This document shows positions 8,436 through 17,215 of a stretch of 36,310 nucleotides of DNA, piece by piece (within the stretch, counting starts at the first letter, position 1; every line of letters begins with the position of its first letter). Under the pieces are notes generated by a model that made no database searches, was not told the DNA's origin, and was given only the letters and a program-made list of their open reading frames with translations. The DNA is from a virus. The position numbers and the translations under genes were made by a program. The stretch lies in IMG/VR virus record IMGVR_UViG_3300042273_000209, one strand, 5' to 3'.

Positions 8436-9623
8436 ATGAATATCAGGGAAATGATGGAACAGCGCGCAACCCTTGTTGCAGAGGCCCGGAAGCTGCTTGA
8501 CGTTGCCGAGGGCGAGAAGCGGGAACTGAACGCTGAAGAGCGGACGCAGTACGACAAGATTTTTGAAGAGGCTCGCACCCTGGGTGACAAGATTCAGCGC
8601 GAGCAGGAGCTTCGCGAAGAGGAAAGGCGGCTCGCCGAGGCCGGCCGGCTGGAACCCGAGGGGAAAAAGGAAAATCCCGAAGAGCGCAAGCTTAAAGCGT
8701 TCCGCAATTTCCTTGTCACGGGCAACGCCGCGGAATATCGCGCACTGGCTAACGACACCGACGAGACGGGTGGATTCCTTCACGCTGCGGAGCAGTTTAT
8801 CACTCGGCTCATCAAGGGACTGGATGACAGGGTATTTGTCCGGCAGTACGCCACCGTCCTGCCCGTGACCAGCTCCGATACTCTCGGTGTTCCCGTCCTG
8901 ACCGCAGACCCGGGAGACCCCACGTGGACAACGGAAATCGCCGCTCCCTCCGAGGACAGCACCATGGCCTTCGGACGGCGCAGCCTGCAGCCCGAACAGC
9001 TCTCCAAGCTGATCAAAATTTCCATGAAGCTCCTTCGGACCTCGGCCCTGCCCATCGAGAATCTCGTGGCGGACAGGCTCGCGTACAAGTTCGCCGTGGC
9101 GCAGGAAAACGCGTTCCTCAACGGCGACGGCGACGGGCAGCCTCTCGGCATTTTCACCGCAAGCGACGACGGAATCCCGACTACTCGCGACGTGAGCACC
9201 GGCAACAGCGATACGGCGTTGACAGCGGACGGGTTGATCAACGCGAAATTCGCGCTCAAGGCTCAGTATCGCGGCTCCTGCCGTTGGATCTTCCATCGAG
9301 ACGCGGTGAAGATGATCTCCACGCTCAAGGACGGGGAAGGTCAGTACCTTTGGAGACCGGGGATGCTCATGAACGAGCCGGACATGCTTCTTGGGCATCC
9401 CGTTGACGAGAGCGAGTATGTGCCCAACACCTTTACCACCGGCCTGTACGTCGGCGCGCTCTGCAACTGGAGTAACTACTGGATTGCCGAGCTCCAGGGC
9501 GTGGAGCTCCAGAGGCTCGTAGAACTCTACGCGGGAACCTCGCAGATCGGATTCATCGGCCGGATGTATGCCGACGGCGCTCCCGTCCTTGCGGAATCCT
9601 TTGTCCGCGTCAAGCTCGGATAG
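8436..9623 (+). CDS. Major capsid protein, HK97 fold, with N-terminal coiled-coil delta domain
   Basis: GGAGGT RBS; ATG next to protease stop; 395 aa. Confidence 0.9.
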   Translation: MNIREMMEQRATLVAEARKLLDVAEGEKRELNAEERTQYDKIFEEARTLGDKIQREQELREEERRLAEAGRLEPEGKKENPEERKLKAFRNFLVTGNAAEYRALANDTDETGGFLHAAEQFITRLIKGLDDRVFVRQYATVLPVTSSDTLGVPVLTADPGDPTWTTEIAAPSEDSTMAFGRRSLQPEQLSKLIKISMKLLRTSALPIENLVADRLAYKFAVAQENAFLNGDGDGQPLGIFTASDDGIPTTRDVSTGNSDTALTADGLINAKFALKAQYRGSCRWIFHRDAVKMISTLKDGEGQYLWRPGMLMNEPDMLLGHPVDESEYVPNTFTTGLYVGALCNWSNYWIAELQGVELQRLVELYAGTSQIGFIGRMYADGAPVLAESFVRVKLG

Positions 9624-9654
9624 TGGGTGAAGGCGTGAATCTCGCTGAAAATAG

Positions 9655-9684
9655 AAAGAGGGGCTTTAAGCCCCTCTTTTTTTA
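9655..9684 (+). terminator. Rho-independent terminator after capsid gene
   Basis: gaggggc-loop-gcccctc followed by 7 T. Confidence 0.7.
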
Positions 9685-9707
9685 CATTCTGACAAGGAGA
9701 TGAAGGC

Positions 9708-9911
9708 ATGAGCGAATACAACGCGAAGGTATACATGAAGCAGGGCGGCGACGAGCTGGCGGTGGCCGCCGGCGGCAAAATCACGGCCGCCGGAACCCAG
9801 GCGAGCCACATTGCGGATCTTACAGGCGCAGCGGATGGAGCCGCAATCGCCACGGCGGTGAACGCCATTCTCGCAGCTCTTGAGGGTGTCGGTATCCTCG
9901 CCTCCGAGTAG
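9708..9911 (+). CDS. Hypothetical small head-module protein
   Basis: AAGGAGA RBS; 67 aa Ala/Gly-rich. Confidence 0.45.
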   Translation: MSEYNAKVYMKQGGDELAVAAGGKITAAGTQASHIADLTGAADGAAIATAVNAILAALEGVGILASE

Positions 9912-9934
9912 GGGGTGGCGCTGTGAGGGTGAAA

Positions 9935-10159
9935 ATGCTGACACGCGCCGCCGGGCCTGACTGGAAAGCGAGTGCGGGCGATGAACTTGACCTGCCTCTT
10001 AACGTGGCCGCGGGGCTGGTGTCCGGAGGGTACGCCGTGGCTCTCGAAAAGACGAAACCTGCACCGCCGCCTGTGGTGGCTCCGGTGGTGGAAACGGCTG
10101 CAGTGGAACCTCCTGCGGAGAGAGCCGTCAAGGCAAAAGCAAAGCCCCGGAAAAAGTAG
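9935..10159 (+). CDS. Hypothetical protein (Pro/Ala-rich C-terminus)
   Basis: ATG 9935 preferred over GTG 9923. Confidence 0.4.
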   Translation: MLTRAAGPDWKASAGDELDLPLNVAAGLVSGGYAVALEKTKPAPPPVVAPVVETAAVEPPAERAVKAKAKPRKK

Positions 10160-10171
10160 GAGGTGAAACCG

Positions 10172-10801
10172 ATGGAGCTAAAAGTAGTTACCCCTCCGGC
10201 GGCTGAACCTCTCTCGACTGCGGAGGCGAAGCTCCATCTCCGCGTAGACCACACATCAGACGATACCCTCATCTCCGCCCTGATCGTTGCGGCCCGGGAG
10301 CACGTTGAAAACTACCTCGTCGGGAGCCTCGTCGAGCAGACCCGGGCCGTCTACCTCTCCGCATGGCCATACGCCCCCTTCCGTCTCCCCTGCGGCCCGG
10401 TGCAGTCAATCGACTCTGTGAAATACACGGACAGCGACGGTGCGGAGCACACCGTGAGTACTGACCTCTATTACCTCTCGCCCGGCGGGGAACTCTGCCT
10501 AGAGCCGTTTGAATCCTGGCCGACAGCACGGCTTCGGGGGCCGGGTGCCATAGAGATAGTCTATACCACCGGGTATGAGCCTGTGGTCACGGTCATTCCC
10601 GGCGAGGAGGAGGGCGACCCGGACACGGAGGAAACGGACTACGGCGCGAACATCCCGCAGGCGATAAAACAGGCCATGCTCCTGCTGATCGGCGAATGGT
10701 ACGAGCAGCGGGAAGCCGCCGCCGACACGAAATACAACATCCAAACCATCCCGTGGGGGGTTAAACAACTGCTCGCCCCATATCGTGAGGCGACGGTATG
10801 A
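10172..10801 (+). CDS. Head-tail connector protein (gp6-like)
   Basis: LSTAEAKLHLRVDHTSDDTLISALIVAAREHVENY motif; GGAGGTG RBS. Confidence 0.7.
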   Translation: MELKVVTPPAAEPLSTAEAKLHLRVDHTSDDTLISALIVAAREHVENYLVGSLVEQTRAVYLSAWPYAPFRLPCGPVQSIDSVKYTDSDGAEHTVSTDLYYLSPGGELCLEPFESWPTARLRGPGAIEIVYTTGYEPVVTVIPGEEEGDPDTEETDYGANIPQAIKQAMLLLIGEWYEQREAAADTKYNIQTIPWGVKQLLAPYREATV

Positions 10802-11127
10802 GCCGGATAGGTGAACTCTGCGAACGTATCGACATCAAGCGGGAGAAGCGCACAGCGGACGGAATGGGCGGCTGGACGGTCTCTGATCAGATGGTCGCCA
10901 CCGTCTGGGCGGGGGTACGGGTGCCAGCCTCAAAGGACGGGATGATTGCCGGGGCGGACGCGGAGATCCGGACGCATGTGGTAAGGGTGCGGCAGAGCGC
11001 AGACACTCTCACCGTGCAGATCAACGACACTATCACCTGGCGGGGGTACTCTCTTACCGTTCGTGCGTGCCGTCCGTTGGAGCGGGAGTGGATCGATTTT
11101 GATTGCAAGCTGGAGGTGCCGGAATGA
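10798..11127 (+). CDS. Head closure / head-tail adaptor protein
   Basis: Size, synteny, ATGA coupling. Confidence 0.6.
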   Translation: MSRIGELCERIDIKREKRTADGMGGWTVSDQMVATVWAGVRVPASKDGMIAGADAEIRTHVVRVRQSADTLTVQINDTITWRGYSLTVRACRPLEREWIDFDCKLEVPE

Positions 11128-11513
11128 TTACTGTCCGGGTAGAAGGCATGGAGGAAATTCTTCGGGATCTCCGGAAAGCCCAGGCTGACGTACAAGGGGA
11201 AGCCAGGGCGGTGCTGAAGGAGCAGGCGAAAGTTATTCGAGACGATGCCCGTAGCCGATGCCCTGAGGATACGGGCACGTTGAAAAGATCGGTGCGGTCG
11301 TCAGTGTCCAGGGAAAAACTTGATGCCTCTGTCTCTGCCGGCGGGAAAGTTCGCGGAAAAGACGCTTACTATGCGCAGTTCGTGGAGTTTGGGACAAAAC
11401 ACTCCCCGGCGCAACCCTTCCTGTATCCCGCAGGCCGGGCGCATGAGAAGGAGACGGAAGAAAAGCTCGTCGAGGTCTTGACTGACGCTGTGAGGAAGGG
11501 GGCGGGAGGATGA
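11124..11513 (+). CDS. HK97 gp10-family tail component
   Basis: TGTLKRS...AYYAQFVEFGT motif; GGAGGTG RBS; ATGA coupling. Confidence 0.7.
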   Translation: MITVRVEGMEEILRDLRKAQADVQGEARAVLKEQAKVIRDDARSRCPEDTGTLKRSVRSSVSREKLDASVSAGGKVRGKDAYYAQFVEFGTKHSPAQPFLYPAGRAHEKETEEKLVEVLTDAVRKGAGG

Positions 11514-11863
11514 GCCATGTTTCGGTAACACAAGCCATTTATACCGTCCTTACCGCCTCGGCTCCCCTCATGGCGAAAATCACAGGTGTCTATGACGTGG
11601 TCCCGGAGGGTACGGACGGGCCGTACATCGCCCTCGGATATCAGCAGTCCCTCCGCGGCAGGATCATCGACGAGACGGAACGCACCTGGTACTACGACCT
11701 GGACATCTGGAGCAGCTACCAGGGCAGGAAAGAGGTGCTGGAAATCGCCGACCTTGTGCGGGCGGCACTCCCTCCCGAGTGGTTCTATGAGGAGCTGACG
11801 GTGCTGAAAGATCCCTCGGGCTGGTACCATGGCGTTTTGGCGATCAAGGGATATGACAGATAG
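11510..11863 (+). CDS. Tail completion protein (DUF3168-like)
   Basis: Synteny and size. Confidence 0.55.
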   Translation: MSHVSVTQAIYTVLTASAPLMAKITGVYDVVPEGTDGPYIALGYQQSLRGRIIDETERTWYYDLDIWSSYQGRKEVLEIADLVRAALPPEWFYEELTVLKDPSGWYHGVLAIKGYDR

Positions 11864-11874
11864 GAGATGATTCT

Positions 11875-12291
11875 ATGGGCGCAACGGCATCTAAAGTAAG
11901 CGTTCTGAAATTGACGGTGGGAGCAACCCCCACGGCTCTCGGGGAGGTCAGAAGTTTTAGCATTGAGACCGCCCTCGGGACGATTGACGTAAGCACACTT
12001 TCGACGGACTGGAAAAAATACCTTGTCGGACAGGCGGGATGGAGCGGAAGCCTTGAATGCTTCTACGATCCCACGGACGCGGCACAGGCAGATCTCGTGA
12101 GCAAGGCGCGGGCGGGCACGATCTGCACCCTCACCGTGCAGCCCCTCGGGGCGGGTGCAGGGAAAACCCAGCTTTCCGGCACGTGCTACGTGACCAGCAT
12201 GTCAATCACCGGAGCGACGGAAGACGCGGTAGGAGTCTCTTTCAGCTTCCAGGGAACCGGAGAGCTTGCTCTTGCCTCCGATGCCTCGTAG
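11875..12291 (+). CDS. Major tail (tube) protein, copy 1
   Basis: AGGAGA RBS; position before chaperone and tape measure; shares GEVRSFS.ET.LGTIDVSTLSTDWKKYLVGQAGWS with next gene. Confidence 0.7.
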   Translation: MGATASKVSVLKLTVGATPTALGEVRSFSIETALGTIDVSTLSTDWKKYLVGQAGWSGSLECFYDPTDAAQADLVSKARAGTICTLTVQPLGAGAGKTQLSGTCYVTSMSITGATEDAVGVSFSFQGTGELALASDAS

Positions 12292-12302
12292 GGGGTGGCT
12301 GA

Positions 12303-12977
12303 ATGGGAGCTTTAGCGGCAAAGAAAGCAATCATCAAGTTCGACATTTTGGGGACGAAAACGAGCATCGGAGAGGTCCGTTCCTTCTCGGTGGAGACATC
12401 GCTCGGGACAATCGATGTTTCTACCCTTTCAACCGACTGGAAGAAATACCTCGTCGGCCAGGCGGGATGGTCCGCAAGCATGGATCTCTTTTATGACCCG
12501 ACAGACCCCGGACAGGAAGAACTCGCAACCCGCGCTCTTGCAGGTACGCCTTGTGAATTCACGTTTCTACCCTTCGGAGAGGACGAGGTGTATGTGCTCG
12601 ATCTCGGAGGTGCGACCGGAGGCACGTTTACACTCGGAGACGGCGCCACCATCGTTACCTCCTCGCTGGTTCACGACGCAACGCTGACGGAGATTCAGAC
12701 CGCACTGCGCACGGCCTATGACGAGCCGGGCATTTTCCTCGCAGAGGGGACGGGCACCATTATTATCTCCTTCCCCACGGGTGTGGCTGCTGGACTGGCC
12801 ATTCAATCCTCTCTCACGGGCGGGGAGGCGGCGACTTGCGTGTTGCAGGACGAGCCCGCCGTTTACGTTGGAACCGGCTCTATCACCTCGTGGAGCCCTT
12901 CGGGAGCCACCGAGGATGCCGTTGGGGTGTCAATTTCCGTCCAGGGAGACGGGGAACTGGAGTTGAACCCGGTATGA
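12303..12977 (+). CDS. Major tail protein paralog, copy 2, with about 85-aa internal insertion
   Basis: Near-identical N-terminal 50 aa and shared C-terminal end with copy 1; extra central Gly/Thr-rich segment. Confidence 0.65.
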   Translation: MGALAAKKAIIKFDILGTKTSIGEVRSFSVETSLGTIDVSTLSTDWKKYLVGQAGWSASMDLFYDPTDPGQEELATRALAGTPCEFTFLPFGEDEVYVLDLGGATGGTFTLGDGATIVTSSLVHDATLTEIQTALRTAYDEPGIFLAEGTGTIIISFPTGVAAGLAIQSSLTGGEAATCVLQDEPAVYVGTGSITSWSPSGATEDAVGVSISVQGDGELELNPV

Positions 12978-13294
12978 AGCTGAAAAAACTACAATATGGA
13001 ATCAACGCTATCCGGGCATTGGTGAAGGAAACCGGAAAAACGCCGCCTGAAATCTTGGAGTCCGGCTTCGATCCCCGAGATATCGAGTTCGGGGTGGCGC
13101 TCATTTGGGCGGGGCTCCTCTGGCAGGACAAAAGCCTGACCCTTGAACAGGTGGGAGACCTTCTCGATGAGGCTGAGGATGGGGCGTATTTTGAACTCGT
13201 CACCCTGGCTGTGAATGGCTTGGTCGCCTCCTTCCAGCGGAGCTTTGGAATCCAGGAGGAAGCCGGAGAGCCGGAAGAGCCGGAAAAAAACTGA
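12974..13294 (+). CDS. Tail assembly chaperone (G-like)
   Basis: Between major tail and tape measure; ends ...EPEKN at slippery A AAA AAC. Confidence 0.65.
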   Translation: MKLKKLQYGINAIRALVKETGKTPPEILESGFDPRDIEFGVALIWAGLLWQDKSLTLEQVGDLLDEAEDGAYFELVTLAVNGLVASFQRSFGIQEEAGEPEEPEKN

Positions 13295-13620
13295 CCGCAG
13301 GGGACTGGGAGCAAGCCGCTGCTGATCTGTTGCTGACGGCTCTTGGTCCCCTGCGTCTCTCCTATGATGACGTGTGGACCCTCACGTGGGGTGAAGTGGA
13401 AGACCTTGTCTATGCCTGGCGGTACTCGGAATTTTTGGAGACGCAAAAACGAGCGCAGCACGCCGCATGGCTCATGAACGCCACCGGGAATCTGAAAAGG
13501 CCCGTGAGGGTTGAGGACCTGTCCGGGTTCTGGGTAGATGGCGAAGTGCTGAGCAAAAACGAATACCACGAATTCCAGAAGCGGCGAATCCAGGCCAGGA
13601 AGGAGCGCAGGAATGGCTAA
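13285..13620 (+). CDS. -1 frame extension of tail assembly chaperone (GT-like frameshift product)
   Basis: Slippery heptamer A_AAA_AAC at 13285-13291; -1 frame open to TAA at 13618-13620, overlapping tape-measure start. Confidence 0.5.
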   Translation, partial: KKLTAGDWEQAAADLLLTALGPLRLSYDDVWTLTWGEVEDLVYAWRYSEFLETQKRAQHAAWLMNATGNLKRPVRVEDLSGFWVDGEVLSKNEYHEFQKRRIQARKERRNG

Positions 13621-15973
13621 AAAGAAAATCACATATGCGTTCGGCGCGGACCTCTCCGGCCTTGAGCGTGGATGGAAGCGCATCGATAGACAGATGCGCA
13701 CAATGTCCGCAAAAATGGAGCGCACCGGGCGAGCCATGACCACGGCGTTCACCGTTCCCTTGGCTGCCATCGGGACCATGGCGACGAAAGCCGCCCTTGA
13801 CGTGGACAAGGCGCTCCAGAACATCGCCCGGGGAACCGGTGCCACCGGGAAGGCCCTTGGGGATCTCCAGAAAGAATGGCGGTCTCTCGCGGGGACCGTG
13901 ACCCAGAACTTTGAGACCTCCGCCCAGGTGCTGGCCGATTACAACACCCGGCTTGGATTGACAGGGAAAGCACTTTCGGGGCTTTCGAAACAGGCCCTCG
14001 ATGCGGGGCGAATGATGGGAGAGGACGTCACCCAGGTGGTGGCGGAATCCTCCAAGGCTATGCAGGACTGGGGCGTGAAGGCTGGCGAAATGGCCGCCTT
14101 CATGGACAAGATTTTTATCGCCTCTCAAAGTACCGGAATCGGCATGGCGAAACTCTCCTCCCAGATGTACAAATACGGTTCAGCATTAAGGCAGATGGGC
14201 TTTGATGCTAATGACACTGTGGCGATGCTGGCACAGTTCGAAAAACAGGGCGTCAACACCGAGCTTGTGCTTGGGTCTCTGCGGATTGCCCTGGGACAGC
14301 TCGCAAAGGCTGGGATTACCGACGCAGGGGAAGCCTTCCGGCAACTTGCGGAGGACATAAAGAGAACAGAGTCTCCGGCCGAGGCCGTGGGGAAAGCGAT
14401 AAAACTCTTCGGTGCTCGTGCCGGGGCTGACATGGCCGCCGCCATACGGGAAGGCCGCTTTGAGGTTGGAGAATTGGCGGCTGCCCTTGAAACGGCCCAG
14501 GGAGCCATAGAGCGTAACAGTGACGCTACAAAAACCTTCGGGGATCAATGGGCGGAGACGAAAAATCAAGTGTCCCTCTCCATAGAGCCTATCGGTCGGG
14601 AAATACTGAAGCTCGCAAACAGCGTTTTGCCCTCCCTCCAAGCGAAAGCCGAAAGCCTCGGAGTGGCAATCGGGAACATGAGCGACGAGAGCAAAAAGAA
14701 AATGATTGCTCTCGCCGGCGTCCTTGCTGCTGGGGGGCCGCTGGCGATGGCCATGTCCGCCACCCTTACCGCTGTGCGCACGCTCGGAACAGCCATGCTA
14801 GCGTTTGCCACCGGCCCGGCGGCCCCCCTCGTAGCGACAGCCGCCGCAGTCTGGGCAATCGTTGAAGCCTTCAAAGCACTCAACGACATGATGAGCAAAA
14901 CATCGGAGATACAAAAAAGAGCAACAGGCATGACTCCCGAACAGGTGATGAACCGGCAGAGATACCGTGAAATGGCCGGGGAAATATACCGGGAGCGGCA
15001 CGGAAAGTACCCGGTCACCGCTCCTGATTTTAAAGAGCTGGATTCCATCGTTGACGAACTGCTTGCGGAAGCCCGCAAGCGGATGCAGCAGCAGATCGAC
15101 ATGAAGGGATATGCCCAACGCACGGAAGTGTTGCCCTCTCCCGGGGTTCCCGGTGGAACCATAGACACCGCGACACCGGCGACACCGGCGCCGTTCCAAG
15201 GGCTTCCGGAGGCTGAGGCGGCGATCCAGAAGCTCACCGCCGCCGGGCGCGAATCGGTGACGGTGTATTCCCAACTTGCGCAGAAGCTTGCATCTGCTCT
15301 GAACATCTCGGAGGCGGAGGCCGAGAAGCGCCTTGAATCGGCGCGAGAGATCGGTGTTCTGACATCCGCCGAGATAACGCGCATGGAAAAGCGGAATGAG
15401 TTGCTCGAAGAGGCGCGGATGATCGCGGAGCAGGTGAACGCGACAAAAGAAAAAATAAAGGACACAACTTCCGACCTTGCGGACATGACGAAGCTCTGGG
15501 TAAACGACCTTGCCCGGGGACTGGCGGACGCAATCGTGAACGCCAAAGACCTGGGCGACGTGCTCCAAAGCATTGCGAAACAGATCGCCTCTTCAGCCCT
15601 TCAAAAGCTCATCGGTGGATGGATCGGCGGTTTATTCGCAGACGGGGCGGCCTTCCAAGACGGGCGCGTCATTCCGTTTGCCAAGGGCGGAATCGTTACC
15701 AAACCGACGATCTTTCCCATGGCTCGCGGCATGGGCTTGATGGGCGAAGCGGGGCCGGAGGCGGTCATGCCGCTTAAGCGAGGCGCTGACGGATCCCTTG
15801 GCGTGCAGTCCGAAGGCGGCGGAGGTACGCACATCACCATGAACATCAACGCCGTCGACAGCCGTTCCTTCGTGGAGATGATGCGGTCTAACCGGGCATC
15901 GGTTGAAAGTATCGTCGTTGAAAACATCATGAAAAACGGTGCGCTTCGCTCCGCGATAAGGGGGCTGGCGTAA
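13613..15973 (+). CDS. Tail tape measure protein
   Basis: 786 aa, Ala-rich helical, TM-like central segment, position. Confidence 0.85.
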   Translation: MAKKKITYAFGADLSGLERGWKRIDRQMRTMSAKMERTGRAMTTAFTVPLAAIGTMATKAALDVDKALQNIARGTGATGKALGDLQKEWRSLAGTVTQNFETSAQVLADYNTRLGLTGKALSGLSKQALDAGRMMGEDVTQVVAESSKAMQDWGVKAGEMAAFMDKIFIASQSTGIGMAKLSSQMYKYGSALRQMGFDANDTVAMLAQFEKQGVNTELVLGSLRIALGQLAKAGITDAGEAFRQLAEDIKRTESPAEAVGKAIKLFGARAGADMAAAIREGRFEVGELAAALETAQGAIERNSDATKTFGDQWAETKNQVSLSIEPIGREILKLANSVLPSLQAKAESLGVAIGNMSDESKKKMIALAGVLAAGGPLAMAMSATLTAVRTLGTAMLAFATGPAAPLVATAAAVWAIVEAFKALNDMMSKTSEIQKRATGMTPEQVMNRQRYREMAGEIYRERHGKYPVTAPDFKELDSIVDELLAEARKRMQQQIDMKGYAQRTEVLPSPGVPGGTIDTATPATPAPFQGLPEAEAAIQKLTAAGRESVTVYSQLAQKLASALNISEAEAEKRLESAREIGVLTSAEITRMEKRNELLEEARMIAEQVNATKEKIKDTTSDLADMTKLWVNDLARGLADAIVNAKDLGDVLQSIAKQIASSALQKLIGGWIGGLFADGAAFQDGRVIPFAKGGIVTKPTIFPMARGMGLMGEAGPEAVMPLKRGADGSLGVQSEGGGGTHITMNINAVDSRSFVEMMRSNRASVESIVVENIMKNGALRSAIRGLA

Positions 15974-16302
15974 TGGCAACCTTTACGGCTACGCCGCTTT
16001 ACTCCTATCAACGCGGCATCAATCACAACGTACTGATAACGGAGTTCGAGAGCGGCAAGGAACAGCGTAAGTACCTGGGCGTGCGTGCCCGGACGTGGAC
16101 GGTCGGTTTCCGGGATACACCGGCGACAATCAAGGCGATAGAGGATTTCTACAACGACCGCAAGGGCAGCTTCGAGGCGTTCACATGGACACCTCCGGGA
16201 GGAAGCGCTATCTCAGTCCGGTTCGAGGAAGGTAGTCTGACGGTGAACTACTACGGCACGCACTACGCCGAATGCGAGGTAACTATGAGGGAAATCTTAT
16301 GA
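15973..16302 (+). CDS. Minor tail protein (lambda M-like)
   Basis: 109 aa directly after tape measure. Confidence 0.55.
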   Translation: MATFTATPLYSYQRGINHNVLITEFESGKEQRKYLGVRARTWTVGFRDTPATIKAIEDFYNDRKGSFEAFTWTPPGGSAISVRFEEGSLTVNYYGTHYAECEVTMREIL

Positions 16303-16841
16303 GCAGGGCAGGCGCGAACTATATAGGGGAGGCTTCCAGTTCGGAAGTCTCCCCGATTCTTTTGGTGCGGGCGCTGGATATCCCGGCGGTCAACAATCCA
16401 TCCGTCAAGGTCAGTCTTTACCTCACTGGCAATCAATCGGACATCACTTTTTTCAACGAGAACGACGAGGTCCAGCTGTACACGGCGTGCGCCCTTTCTT
16501 ACGACCAGGTGGCGGCCTCTACGGACAACGAGATAGGCACGGTCAACGTGCGGCTGGACAACGTATCAGGGACGTTTACCTCTCTGGCGAAGGATTACCT
16601 TCTCCGTGGCGCTCGCGTTCATCTCTTGGAGACGTTCGCGGACACGCTCGGCTCACCCGACGGGGCGCGGTGGATCTTTCAAGGGCACATCGAGCGGGCG
16701 ACCATTTCAATCAGCGCGGTAGAGGTCATGGTGAAGGCCGACTTCTCGCTTTCAACGCGGGTTCCGCGCAGGCTCTACTGGGTGAAAGACTTCCCGCATC
16801 TCCCGTCCGCAAAAGACCCGCGCACGCTGGCGCTGAAATGA
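16299..16841 (+). CDS. Minor tail protein (lambda L-like)
   Basis: Synteny; ATGA coupling. Confidence 0.5.
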   Translation: MSRAGANYIGEASSSEVSPILLVRALDIPAVNNPSVKVSLYLTGNQSDITFFNENDEVQLYTACALSYDQVAASTDNEIGTVNVRLDNVSGTFTSLAKDYLLRGARVHLLETFADTLGSPDGARWIFQGHIERATISISAVEVMVKADFSLSTRVPRRLYWVKDFPHLPSAKDPRTLALK

Positions 16842-17215
16842 TCGGGATACCGTGGAAGGCAAAAGGGCGGGACCGAAGCGGCATCGACTGCGTAGGCCTC
16901 GCCCTTCTCGCGCAAAAGGAGCTGTACGGGCGGGAGTATGAATTCCCGTTCGACTACGACCCGGAGACGGGCGACGAGCGCGTTTTGCTCGACTGGCTGG
17001 ATGGCATCGCCGATGAAGCGGCCGTACCGCAGAATGGAGACCTCGTGATTTATCGCCTTGCCGGGACAGAGAAGCACCACATCGGCACGGTCGTTGACGA
17101 GGCGCTGCTCCACATCTATCCGGGCAAAAGTTCAAGAAAGGTTCGATTGCCGATGAAACGCATTTGCAAAATCTACCGGGCGAGGGAGGTGGGATCATGC
17201 CGGGAGCCGCGATAG
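16838..17215 (+). CDS. NlpC/P60 (C40 peptidase)-like tail protein (lambda K-like)
   Basis: GIDCVGL Cys motif and HHIGTVV His motif. Confidence 0.6.
   Translation: MIGIPWKAKGRDRSGIDCVGLALLAQKELYGREYEFPFDYDPETGDERVLLDWLDGIADEAAVPQNGDLVIYRLAGTEKHHIGTVVDEALLHIYPGKSSRKVRLPMKRICKIYRAREVGSCREPR

Noticed and set aside
12836-13294. Upstream extension of the tail chaperone ORF to 12836
   Set aside because: The extension overlaps the end of the major tail paralog in another frame and is Arg-rich; ATG 12974 is translationally coupled.
14566-15573. 335-aa and 256-aa minus-strand ORFs
   Set aside because: Antisense to the tape measure gene, which has clear protein features; low-complexity Ala/Ser/Arg translation.
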